Source: Anthoceros angustus
Lineage: Eukaryota; Plantae; Anthocerotophyta
Assembly: GCA_010909165.1 (NCBI GenBank)
Contig: MU008184.1
Coordinates: forward strand, 558,001 to 622,000
Length of the DNA stretch: 64,000 bases
Direction: 5' to 3'
Below the pieces are notes generated by a model. The model searched no databases, had not been told where the DNA came from, and saw only the letters and a program-made list of their open reading frames with translations. A program made the position numbers and the translations under genes. Positions 46,081 to 58,694 of this stretch are shown here, in pieces. Numbering within the stretch: the stretch's first letter is position 1; each line of letters opens with the position of its first letter.

Positions 46081-49000
46081 TGTTAAAGGATAGTGTTGAG
46101 CATATCCGTGAATTAGGTCAGCATTAATTATATATGCTATTATAAGGGTAGCTGAAATAAATATATTAGAAGTACCCGTTCAATAGGGTTACGACCCTTA
46201 CCAACAGTTATGTCTTTTAAGTTTTAGATAGTGGCTTTTCAGCATAAGCACTTAAGTCTTTTTCTTGATACTCAATGAAATATGTAATTACTAAATGGTA
46301 ATTGATCTACATCAACCTTACATTTGTTATGGTATCAGAGCATTTCTGATGTAGGTTGCATCCTAGGGATGCACATAAAATTGCGCATCTGAAAATGTGC
46401 ATTTTGTATATGTTTTGTTGTTTCTTGATTAGAAATACTAATTAAATCAAGAACACAATATATACATCAAGAAAATGTTTTGTATTTTTTTTCCTGCTGT
46501 TTCTTTCTATAGAAATTAGCAGATCGAGGTAGTAGTTCTAGCGTACTTCTGTCAGATCTTTTCCAGAAAGATTCTGATGGAAATACCCTAGGACAACTGC
46601 CTGATCTGCAGGCAGTTTATAGAAAATTTACTACAAAAATCTAGAATGCATACAAATGCACTCTAACAATACAGAACAAGGCCAAATGAATGGCCAACAA
46701 CTTGGAGGCTCCCAATCGGGGAATTGCGCAGACATCGATGTCCCTAGATGGGTAGCCGAGGAGAACAAATCTACCGCTAATCAGGTGCGTACTAGGGCTT
46801 CAATTGCCGAGCGACTCCATCATGCAACTTGTCAATGGATAGCTCGCAATCAAGATGACCACATGCAATCCATTGAACTAAGGGAATCCTTCAACACAAT
46901 AATAGAGACTCTCTACCGCAACGAGAGGAATCTTCTACTGACTCCGCCTCCCAGGAATCCCAACAATCTTCCCAAAATCCGTGTTCGACGTGCCTTCGAC
47001 GGTAACGGCAACCCCAGAGGTTTTATTACTACACATACAACTCCACACAATGTTGTTAGTGATCTAACTGAGAGGATCGAAGCACACCAAAGGAGCGTGG
47101 ATAGAAGATATAGTAATACTAACCAGAATTTCTTCCGTGGTGTTGACGCCCCGGATTTGAAAGAGCATTTTGCACATTGATTTTAAGTCGCTAACATTGC
47201 TAAAGCCTAAACCATCGACGATCCAGCCCAGAGTAATCGCATGCGCGTAGCAAAACTAGCAAAGGTCTTAAATTGATTGTCCAAACTCATGCCCTTCGTG
47301 TTCTACCTATGCTTACAATAGGTGGGAGAGCGAACAATAGAATCACTGAATCGTGCATGCATGCAATGCTTCATAATGATGCACTGCTAACCCTACTAAT
47401 CCTCTCAGAGGATTCACCGCATGGCGCCTCACCTTTGATGTAACATTAGCATTTTAGGTGTTCCTTTGCAAAGCCTCGCTCGACCGCATGATAGGTCAAA
47501 CAGCATTTTAGCATTAGCTAATGGTCATAATTCCTAACGATTAGGAGGGACTAACGCATCCTAGAAACATACGATCCCACCTCTAACCTCGGTGGAGATG
47601 GTTTCAAAGAAAAGGACAGTTTGGAGGAATGATTATGACATCCGGTCATGCGGATGCGTGAGCACGCAAAATAAAAAGCTATGGAAATTTGCCAGGGGAG
47701 GACAAGTTCACGACACTACCTCGACTCTACACCTTGACTATTGAGAAGAAGAGTCGAAGCGTGGACTACTAAGGCGCAATGTATCCGATCCGAGTGGGCT
47801 TACCTCGACATGATGAGACAGACCTCCGGATGCAAAACATCGCATATATGGACCAAAGCCAGGACTTGTACCGGCACCAATACCACTAGCCAAATGATGC
47901 CTCGCAATGTTCGAATCGCAGAATGAGAGATGGGGATACAATTGAGAAACACATCGGATTCTTTAGAACACTGGTTTCTAAACTTGAAAGTGCTTCATAG
48001 GAAAGTCTTAAGGATGATTTGCTCACAATGTACCTCATGATGTCGCTCCCAGACTCTTGGTCACAATTTGTGACGTCTTACAACGCTTCGCATCACCAAG
48101 GCCAGAAAATTGCTAAGGCTGCAGGTGTTATTCTTCCTCAAACAACTTTTTCAGAACTAGTGGGAGCTCTCCTCCAGGAGGAAGCTACAAGGGGAACAAA
48201 TAAGCGTGCTGGCAAGCAGCATGCACTGTACACTACAAACAGAAACAAAGGGGGAAAGCCCAACTTCAGAGGTAAATAGAATACCTCAAATGCAAGTAGC
48301 TCACAGCGAGCATCTTCACAGAAGAAACCCAAGAAGACTGGAAAATGCCACTGGTGCCAAGTTCCAGGTCATTGGGAAAACGAGTGTCGAAAGAAGCAGG
48401 CCGGAATACCTCGCAAGGAGGGCAATTCCACTTCTGAGACACACGTTGTTGTGAAGAAACAAGCTTCTCCTGCTGCCCTGACTGTCAGGGACCAGGGATT
48501 TTGTACATCCCCTTGCTAACCCCACCTGTTTGTCAACAAACATCCATGGTAAGCCATTTCATGAATGGTACCTAGATACTGGTGCAACAGCGCACATCTG
48601 CTTCGATAGAAATGCCTTCGTCACATACAAACCAGTTAAAGGACAGTTCGTTTACCTGGGTGATGACAGGTCACTTGTGTCTCCCGGAATAGGCACAGTG
48701 AAGATTCCAGTCCCTTCAGGTGTCATACTATCTCTTATAGAAGTATATTACGTCCCTGAAATGACTAGAAATCTTATCTCTGTTAGGAAGCTAAACATGG
48801 ATAACAATAGCCATATCCTCTTTACCCCTACAAAGTGTCGGATTATCGATGCATATGATCATCGAAAAATCCTAGCTACGGATCATCGACCAAGATCTGC
48901 TTGCACACAAATCTTGGTGTAGCCCAAACCCATCTAGCTTCTCACTTGACGCTCGCAAAACAAGTTGAGAAGGCTAAATTATGGCATTCACGCCTAGGTC

Positions 49001-52000
49001 ACCCCCATGCTGCCAAGCTACGGCTAGCCACTAGTGACCTTTACTATGATGGAAAAATTGGGCCATTATCACCATTACCTTTGTGTGAGGCCTGTGTGCT
49101 TTCTAAGCGTCACCAGGCAGCCTTCAAGAACAGAACTCCACATCGAGCTTCAGAGATTCTTGAAATGGTACACACTGACATATGTGGGCCTCTCTCACAG
49201 CCCTCACTTGGAGGTGGTCGTTATTTCACATTCTGCATTTACAAAACCAGATTTGTCATTGCTTACATCCTCAAAGCTAAAAGTGAATGCTTCTCTTATT
49301 TCAAAGACTACTTGAGGTATGCAGAGAGATGGACAGGAAAACAGCTTAAGATACTCCGATCGGACAATGGCGGTGAATACACATCACATGAGTTTCAAGC
49401 CTATTGTACAGCAGAGGGAATTGGCAGGCAACTTACAGTGGTTTACACGCCGCAGCAAAACGGTGTAGCAGAACGTTTGAACCTAACTCTGCAGGAGATG
49501 GCTTCCTCCCTGCTACATGCCAAATCGCTTTTCCCACGGGTCAAGCCCTTATGACATCTCTGCCTACCATCGAATAAAGCGCAACCATCACTGCTGAGGG
49601 AAGACTCAGTCCAAGGCATATAAACTGTATGATGTTTCTCGTGCTCAAGTCATCTATTCACGCAGTGTTACCTTCGATGAAGGACGGTTCTGGCAACCAG
49701 TGGGAGTTACTCCCGCAAATGAGGAGGATCTGCCTGATGATCTTACACTTCCTGATGTCACAGTTTTTGAAGACTTCACTCTTGAGGAGGTTCCTCCTCA
49801 GGGGGGACGAACCGCAACATGATGTAGGATAGAACCGCAAACGCCGACATTGTTGTTTTCGAGCAGCAACCTCCTCAACCTAATCACCGATCCATGATTA
49901 AGACTCACCGATGATGAAAACAATGACTGATGATTCCTTATAGAAAACGGCACATGGGAATTAGCTAAACTCCCACCAGGCAGAAAAATGGTGTCTTGTA
50001 AATGGGTATTTAAGCTAAAGGTTATACTGGTACCTTTGATGTACAAGGCCCGACTTGTTGCAAGAGGATTCTCCCAAGTTCCAGGACTTGATTACTCGAG
50101 ACCTTTGCTCCAGCTTGTCAAGCTTGCAACCCTTCGCACCATTTGTGCCCTCACAAGATACAAGGATTACGATGCAGATGTTCGATGTAAAGACGCTCGA
50201 ATGGGAAATCGGACACCGAAATTTATATGCAAAGAACCTCCTCACGAGGTTAAGGGCAAAGAAGACTATGCCTGTAAGCTAATAAAATGTCTGTATGGAC
50301 TTAAGCAATCAGCATTGAAGTGGAATGTTGAGCTGGATACTGAACTGCTAGCTCTTGGATTCACCAAAAGCAAAGCTGATGGCAGTCTATATATATATAT
50401 AAGTGGAGATGTCACATGTTACTTAGCTGTATACGTGGACGACTTGATACTCTCCAGCAACAGCCAGCCCTATATTGACAAGATAACGGATCTTTTGGCT
50501 ACAAAATTTAAGATGTCAAATTTAGGCCCGCTTCAGAGTTGCCTCGAATCCACATTCAAAGAAACAGGCTTTCTAAGGTTATCACTCTAACACCTAGATA
50601 CTTACTTGACAAAGGCCGAGCGCTTAAAGGATGTTAAGGTAGCCCACCTCTTCCCATCGGATCAAGCTCGAAGAGCATGTCACCTACCATACAAAGTGAG
50701 AAGGATCGATGGCTAACGACTACAAGCGTTGGAAAGCTCATATGCCGCAAACACTACAAGGCCGAAGTAGCTTATGCAACAAGCGTTGTCACAATATCTT
50801 GAAAATCTCGACAGAACATTGGAGTTGTGTTGCGAGTCTTTAGGTATCTTAAGGGAACCGCCAATGAGGTATCAGTACTCACATGAGATGGGAACCCCTT
50901 AGACCTAGAAGTTTATGACTCGGACTCCGGTGATGTAGACACGTAAAACCGCCAGGATACGTGGTGTGTAGTGGTGGTCCTATCTGTTGGTCCAGAAAAG
51001 CACCAACGTTGCTCTATCCAAAGACAGAGGCGTAATATCGGTGCCATCGCAGCAAAAGAGGTTGTATGGTGCAAGCTCTTGCTCGAGCTAGGATCGAACT
51101 CCCTACCGCATCATCCACACCGACAACCAAGGCTCAATAGCACTGCTAAGAATCCGTGTTCCACTCTAGGACAAAACACGCTAGTTGAGTACCACTATAT
51201 TCGAGAGCTTGTTGCGAGAACAATCGGATTGCAATACATACCAACACAAGACAATCCGGCAGATGTTCTTACCAAGGCACTGGGACGTGAGCTACACGAG
51301 AAGCACGTTAAGGGTCTTGGGCTAGGAGAGTCATCAGCTTTCCTAGCTGCGAATTCAATCACTTAAGCTGCAAAAATGAAAACTGCCCACCCACTACAAC
51401 CTAATAGCTGTAGTCCACACTATCTTCAGAAGTTTCTGACACCTCCTTAGGGTTGTCAGAGTCATAGTCTGTGCTGCTCGAGGAAATCGGACCAACACTG
51501 TGCCCGGATGAAGAAGGAGATGACATGTAGTCTTCAAAAGGAACATCGTCCTCCTCAAGCTTGTACACAGAACCTGCACAAGGAAACAAGCTGAATTAGG
51601 AAGGCAGTGGGAGCAAGCAAATCAAAAGGACAGTTACCAAAATGAAGAGCACTCACGGTAAATGCTAACAACATGTCCCGGAAACTCGCTCTCACGCACT
51701 TTGATGCGTTTCATCACCACACAAGACGTGGTGCACTTGTACCACAGCGGCGAATTAGGTTTCAACAGTGTGCCAAGGCCAATTATTTTGGTATCCTTCC
51801 GAATGCTCCCCTTAGGGAACCGAGGAAGAAGATCAGGCATCACAGCACCACTGTCCCACATAGCAACAGGTCCAAGACTGGTGAAAGCTAGAAGTCCGTC
51901 GTTGAGCTGCCTCTCCTTTGGTTTTCTGCTAACTTGAACAGGCTGAGGACGCGGCGCAGCAGGCCTAGGGTGTTGAGGGGCTCCCATAGCCCTCACGCTC

Positions 52001-52684
52001 GCTTGCCGCAAGGGCGGCTCTTGTCCTCCGCGAGTCTCCTCCGTGGTTGAGCTGCCTCGGCACCGACAACTCCCACCTCTTCTAGTTGAGCACGAGGCGC
52101 TTGTCCTAGGGGCTGCTCCCTAGTTCGCCTTACTGCTCTCACATGGCGCCGGCCATCTTCTCCTCAGGAAGACGACATCTTTCTCAGCTTACTCTCCAGG
52201 CACTCTGTGGCTAGCATGCACAGTGTAAACAAGGCGAGGAGAGAGATAGCGCACCTGGTCGCAACTGGCTTTTCAAGAGCACGCCCCATTAAGTACCGAA
52301 TGAGGGACGCTTGGGGCGTAGAGCAGCTGGATGCAAGGCAATCATAGTCCATAGCTGGAGTTGCAAGGTTCACAGTGGAGGACTGAAGGCGCAAGCAATA
52401 CCGGAATTCACTTTCTGATATGATCACCAAGTGGGAGTGTTAAAGGATAGTGTTGAGCATATCCGTGAATTAGGTCATCATTAATTATATATGCTATTAT
52501 AAGGGTAGCTGAAATAAATATATTAGAAGTACCCGTTCAATAGGGTTACGACCCTTACCAACAGTTATGTCTTTTAAGTTTTAGATAGTGTCTTTTCGAT
52601 AAGCACTTAAGTTCTTTCTTGATACTCAATGAAATATGTAATTACTAAATGGTAATTGATCTACATCAACCTTTACATTTGTTA
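46081..52684 (+). mobile_element. Full-length Ty1/copia LTR retrotransposon, internally frameshifted
   Basis: LTRs at 46081-46329 and 52438-52684 (TG...TA, a handful of differences). PBS tggtatcagagc at 46330-46341 (tRNA-iMet), PPT aagtgggag. Gag with CCHC knuckle (CHWCQVPGHWENEC), protease WYLDTGATAHIC, GAG-pre-integrase, IN (HTDICGP, LRSDNGGEY, TPQQNGVAER), RT (YVDDL) and RNase H (DNPADVLTKAL). No clean 5-bp TSD (cgttc vs cgcct). Confidence 0.95.
46656..47180 (+). CDS. Unknown 174-aa ORF between the copia PBS and gag
   Basis: Uninterrupted ORF with no recognisable gag, protease or other motif. Confidence 0.35.
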   Translation: MHSNNTEQGQMNGQQLGGSQSGNCADIDVPRWVAEENKSTANQVRTRASIAERLHHATCQWIARNQDDHMQSIELRESFNTIIETLYRNERNLLLTPPPRNPNNLPKIRVRRAFDGNGNPRGFITTHTTPHNVVSDLTERIEAHQRSVDRRYSNTNQNFFRGVDAPDLKEHFAH

Positions 52685-52949
52685 CGCCTCCATATCGAAC
52701 ACGCACATCGCCATCGCCTCCACCAGAAGTCCGCCACTGTCTCTTCAAGGACTATGCCACGACGCCGCCATAGCCTATGAATCATCCTCAAAACTACGAC
52801 GCGGGTTGTGCAGCATCCGAGATCAACAATTGAGTCGTCGACTCATGGCCACCCGGTTCGAATGACATGCATCGACCCGCCTGTAAATCGAACACGCCGC
52901 CGCCGCCGCTGGCCATTGCTCTCACATGGAGGCGCGTGACGCCCAAATG

Positions 52950-55900
52950 GGAGGAGGAGGAGATGCGCAAGGTGGATGAGAAGGGGATGCGCAAGACTCG
53001 ATACAACGCGGGCTGTCGAAAGAGCCTTCGCACTAAATGTCAATGAAGTCGAGGTGCCCACTTTGCGGTAGGAAACGCGTGTATGCTAGTCGGTGGATGC
53101 TGAATCACTCTAGGTGCCCATCGTTATGCCACGGCTGAACACTATTTTAGCCGTGGCATAACTAGCATATACCTTAGAATATGCTGAATATTACATTTGC
53201 CCCATTAGCCGAGACAATGGCAAAACACGGTCGCCGGCGACAAAGCATTTAAGGAGTTGCTTGATTACAGAGCCTGCCTTGCCCTGTGTCTTCCTTCATG
53301 AAGGCACCGACCCCACCTTCCCCTTCGGATGGTGTAGATTCATTCTCGCTTTGGCGGAAGATGTGTATTTCCATCTAGCTTATGTGTGGGCGGAAAAGCA
53401 AGAGATTGCCGGATGAGAAAACGGGTCGCTCACACTCACCCGCACTTTGTCCATCGGGCCGGCATGCAGACACAGACACTCGACCTCCTCATCGCAGCAG
53501 TGCTGTTGCTCGAGGGTGCAGGCCGGGCTAGTCGTGTGAGCATCAACTTCAACTCCGCTTGCATCGTCCGTTTTGAGAAGTTGCACTCATGTATCGCCTT
53601 TTAACAATCTAAACACTTCGTGTTCTCACTTCTTTCATAGTTGCATGTAATGGCTCAAGGGCTCAAGCGGAAGAATGACTCCAACAAATCGCAGACGCCC
53701 GGTGGAGAAAAAAAGGCGCGACTAAGGGCAGACTCACGTGCCTTGAACGAGGCGACGAGCCTGCACCAGACTCCAAGGACAACTCAAATTGCGCCACCTG
53801 ATGCGGGTCTTTCCACAAGAGCATCCCCGCCGACCAAGGCATCTTTCCAGAGTCCTTACAAGCGGTCCGATATTGACTTGATCCACCAGATGTACAAGAT
53901 GATCTCGCCATTTGACATTACAAAGAGAAGTTGGACAGTGCAACAACGACCCAATCAAGACTTGCTCTTCTTGTATGTGTCGATGGAGGAGGATGCGAAC
54001 CACACCAGCCAAAAGAAATGTGCGGAGCGATTGTTTTCACGCAATACCATGAAGGATGAGCAGTGTACGCTATATTGCCGATCCGCTCAAGCACAAGGAG
54101 CCTCTTCGTCTGGACCCGCAATGGATTAGAGTATACAAGGTGCGGTGAAGAACTTTGACATTGTGGCGTGCCAACCAGAGCGGAAAAGGCAAGAACTTTT
54201 GAGGCATTGCGACCTGATGGACATCGTGTCTTCCACAAGGCTTTGCACCAGCAATGTTTAGAAGGTGTGCGGATGATGCATTGCTTACATCGAAAGGGCA
54301 TCTGCTGCAGAAGGCCCCTAGCATGGCATCTGCGCGAGTGGAAATCAAATGGCAACTCCTAGTGCCCTAATGGGATCAGCAAATCCATCTCGCAGCAGTG
54401 TCGTTGGCAACCGCCACCGATATGCATGATCTGCGCCATGAAACGCAACAAAAGGTGGTGGCACAAAATATAATTCATGGACACGCTTTCAAAGAACTAG
54501 TTTGCGAAATGAAAGCTTCCGGTAAGAGGGGTTGCAGCCACGGACGTCCGGTGCTTCGAGTCCAAGCAACAGTCCGCCCACACTCCAAGCCGCTGGTTTT
54601 TCCTAGCCCATGGTCATGCGATGATGTCACCCTAACCTCTCTAGCCGAAGACGAAGATGAGGATGCGGGTGGGGACCAGGACAATGAGGGGTTTGGCGAT
54701 GGCATTCGGCCGATGGCCCGAGGCCGGTGGATCATATCCAGCCCGACGACGAAGACGTGGAAGATGACGATGGGGCGAGGTGGATGCAACGGACCGGGAT
54801 TTGGGTCCGCCCATGGCACTCGAAGGGTTCAAGCCGTCGCCAGCTTGCGGTAGGAAACGGCGTGGTATGCTAGTCGGTGGATGATGAATCACTAGGTGTG
54901 CCCATCGTTATGCCACCGAACACTATTTTAGCCGTGGCATAACTAGCATATACCTTAGAATATGCTCAATATTGCATTTGCCACATTAGCCGACAATGGC
55001 AAAACACGGCCGCGACAAAGCATTTAAGGAGTTGCTTGATTACAGAGCCGCCTTGCCCCGTGTCTTCCTTCATGAAGGCATGACCCCACCTTCCCCTTTC
55101 TCGGATGGTGTAGATTCATTCTCGCTTATGGAAGATGTGTATTTCCATCTAGCTTATGTGTGGGCGGAAAAGCAAGAGATTGCCGGGATCGAGAAAACGG
55201 GTCGCTCACACTCACCCGCACTTTGTCCATCAGGGGCCGGGCAGCAGATATCAGACACCGCCGACCTCCTCATCGCAGCTGCAATTGTGTTGCTCTCGAG
55301 GGTGCAGCAGTGGGCTAGTCAGTGAGCATCAACTTCAACTCCCGCTTGCACACGCCGTCCTGTTCGAGAAGTTGCACCATGCGTATCGCCTTTTAACAAT
55401 CTAAACACTGTGATCTCACTTCTTTCATAGTTGCATGTAATGGCTCCTCAAGGGCTCAAGCGGAAGAATGACTCCAACAAATCGCAGACGCCCGGTGGAG
55501 AAAAAAAGGCAAAGGGACTGCTGTGCCTTGAACGAGGCGACGAGCCCACTCCAGCCCGACTCCAAGGACAACTCAAATCGCGCCACCGATGCGGGTCTTC
55601 CACAAGAGCATCCTCACGACCAAGGCATCTTTCCGTAGTCCTTACAAGCGGTCCGATATTGACTTGATCCACCGATGTACAAGATGATCTCGCCATTTGA
55701 CATTACAAAGAGAAGTTGGATAAGGCAACAACGACCCAATCAAGACTTGCTCTTCTTGTATGTGTCGATGGAGGATGATGCGAACCACACCACCAAAAGA
55801 AATGTGCGGAGCGATTGTTTTCACGCAATACCATGAAGGATGAGCAGTGTACGCTATATTGCCGATCCGCTCAAGCACAAGGAGCCTCTTCGTCTGGACC

Positions 55901-58400
55901 CGCAATGGATTAGAGTATACAAGCGGTGAAGAACTTTGACATTGTGGCGTACAACCAGAGCGGAAAAGGCAAGAACTTTTGAGGCATTGCGACACGGTGA
56001 TGGACATCGTGTCTTCCACAAGGCTTTGCACCAGCAATGTTTAGAAGGTGTGCGGATGATGCATTGCTTACATCGAAAGGGCATACTGCTGCAGAAGGCC
56101 CCTAGCATGGCATCCGCTACCGAGTGGAAATCAAATGGCAACTCCTAGTGCCCTAATGGGATCAGCAAATCCATCTCGCCCGCAGTGTCGCTGGCAACCG
56201 CCATCGATATGCATGACCGCGCCGTGAAACGCAACAAAAGGTGGTGGCACAAAATATAATTCATGGACACGCTTCAAAGAACTAGTTTGCGAAATGAAAG
56301 CCCGGTAAGAGGGGTTGCACGCCACGGGACGTCCGGTGCTTCGAGTCCAAGCAACAGGTCCGCCCACACTCCGAGCCGCGGGTTTTTCCTAGCCCATGGC
56401 CGCGCGATGATGTCACCCTAACCTCTAGCCGAAGACGAAGATGAGGATGGGTGGGGACCAGGACAATGAGGGGTTTGGCGATGGCATTCTCGGCCGATGG
56501 CCCGAGGCCGGTGGATCATATCCAGCCCGACGACGAAGACGTGGAAGATGACGATGGGGCGAGGTGGATGCAACGGACCGGGATTTGGGTCCGCCCATGG
56601 CACTCAAGGGTTCAAGCCACCCGGTAGACAATCGAGGAAAAAGAGGGAAGGGATTGAGAGTGCTGGCAATCAGCGTGGAGGACGGCGGGGTGGGAAGGTC
56701 AACAAGTGCGCGGCGAAGCAACGGATGGCACATGATGTCCGAGAGGGGCCAGAAGAGCTCCCAAAGTTCATAGAGAAGGCCAAGGACAGTGCTGTGGCCA
56801 CGGATGACGACAGGCTAGCGATGACGAGGGCTGACGCTGGGAGAGATGTTGCGAGAGAGGCAATTGCGGGAAAGAGAGTATGGGAGTCCACGTTAAAGCT
56901 GTCCATCAGCCAGACCTCGTAAGAACTATGTCTTGGCAAGGTACGTAAGCTAGACTCGCTTGGGTGGAGGCTTTGATGCAAAAGATGAAGCATTCCACGT
57001 GGGTGGCTGGTGTGCTGCCCATGATTGTCATTGTAGACCCGCCCAAAGGTCCCAACAAGAACTTCTTTGACATGGATAAGGTGGATCGGGGTGTACAAAT
57101 TTTATGTATTGAGGGAATCATTCCTTCCAGCGATCTAGACTAGCCGACTTGTATCCATTGGTTCAAGAGTACAGTGGATGGATGCATATGTTCTTGCCGG
57201 CCTCACAAATGAGGAGATGAGGTTAGTTGCCACGATCACAACACCATTGCGGATGCCGTGAAGACTTTTACTTTCATCGACCGTGTGAGGTACATCGAAT
57301 CGAGATGAAGGCCAAAAGATATCAAGTGTGACTTAGACCGAAGTTGAGATATATGCCCGGTCAAGGTGGTTCCTAAGTGGGATGCGCCAAGCATGGACCT
57401 AAGGTCGCTATCACCGCCTCGTGGACAACCGGACCTTTGGATTATTGTGTTGCGAAGGTTGATGATGAGGTGTGGAAGCACGTGGATGAAATCTTTGAGA
57501 AGTGGGACGAGCTTGTCGAAAGGTGTGGAAGCTCGGGCTCTCACAAACAACAAGGCCCGCAGGAATTCAAGGAAGACAACCAAGTTAGAGCAAACTTGGT
57601 CATTGACACAAAGGAGCTTAGTATACCGTTGAGGGTATGGAAGTGTTTCTGTGGCATCGAATACCGCACTGGAACAACAACTTGAAGACAAGATGCATGA
57701 AAGTCCCGCTGGAGAATTGACATTGAAACAAATGTTCGTGGGTGGACAAGGCCAAAAACTCAACCTCATCCATGTGACACTGGCCAAGCATTTGCACTGT
57801 GAGACATTTGAAGAGGTTCAGGAACGATATCCCGATTACTGCATGGTGAATCAAATTAGCAACTTCCAGCCTGCCTTCAAAAATCTGGTCAGAACACCAT
57901 AATATTTGAAGCGGCTGAAAATACATGAAGCGGCTTTTCAGTTGAATATACGGCAAACAGGGTTTTCGATGGGTATCGACAGGCCATATTTGAGCATACA
58001 CCGCAAGATGGCATGTATTAAGGTGTCGTGACCGCCTGTATATGCTATGACGGCACACATCTGTACAGGAAGGGTCCGTCTAATCGCACGAGCATTGTTT
58101 TTGCTAGAAACGATGCCCATGTCCTTAGACCATGCGATACGATTAGGATCCGTTAATGACCGTGGGCAACGACCCCTGGGGCCCCTTTGGAGGGAATGCG
58201 TACACATATGTATACTCTCTTGCTATACACCCATATATGCACATGGTGGACGAGGTTTTGAACAACAGTATAGGGTTAAAAGGACGGCCGAACGGAAGAA
58301 CCGCCTGATCTGGGCGCCGGCATGCCGGCGCCCACGTCCGGCCCAGAAGGGACTTGTCCAGGGCAGCGGCGTGTAGGCGCCCAACGTTGAATGACTTTCT
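52950..58400 (+). pseudogene. Large degenerate multi-exon accessory gene (unknown N-terminal part, low-complexity linker, ParB/Srx-like domain)
   Basis: Protein-like fragments in changing frames, with intron-like gtatg...cattag and ...tcatag. 56941-57900 reconstructs a ParB-like domain and a following helical region. Confidence 0.5.
53062..56620. repeat. ~1.78-kb direct tandem duplication (53062-54838 / 54845-56620)
   Basis: Both units start ttgcggtaggaaac and end aagggttcaagcc. They are collinear with scattered indels. Confidence 0.9.
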
Positions 58401-58694
58401 CGATGCCAACTGTAGGACTCACTTCTTCAAACAGTTTAACTGCATCGCACTGGCCTTAGAGGACTAGTCATTTGCCGACGGGCACACGATCATGGACGCG
58501 AACCTACAAAATGAACAAAAGTTGCTTCCTCCGAGTGGCTGTGGACAAGGCACCTTGCAAACCCGTTACGGAACAAGGCACATATTCCGATCATTCCTCG
58601 CCTGACTCGAGTCCCTCCCCGCCATATATGCTCTTGCCTGATTCATCGCCCATTACACCATCCGGGGTTGCGGCTTGAGGTGGGCTCAGAGCAC

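Noticed and set aside
54130-54360. Cys/His pattern suggesting a RING finger (GHRVFHK..HQQC)
   Set aside because: Ligand spacing is inconsistent between the two duplicate copies and across frames.
57960-58310. Possible DNA methyltransferase motifs (GIDRPY, RTAERKN) after the ParB-like domain
   Set aside because: Too degenerate, with no FxGxG motif; cannot be supported without a profile search.
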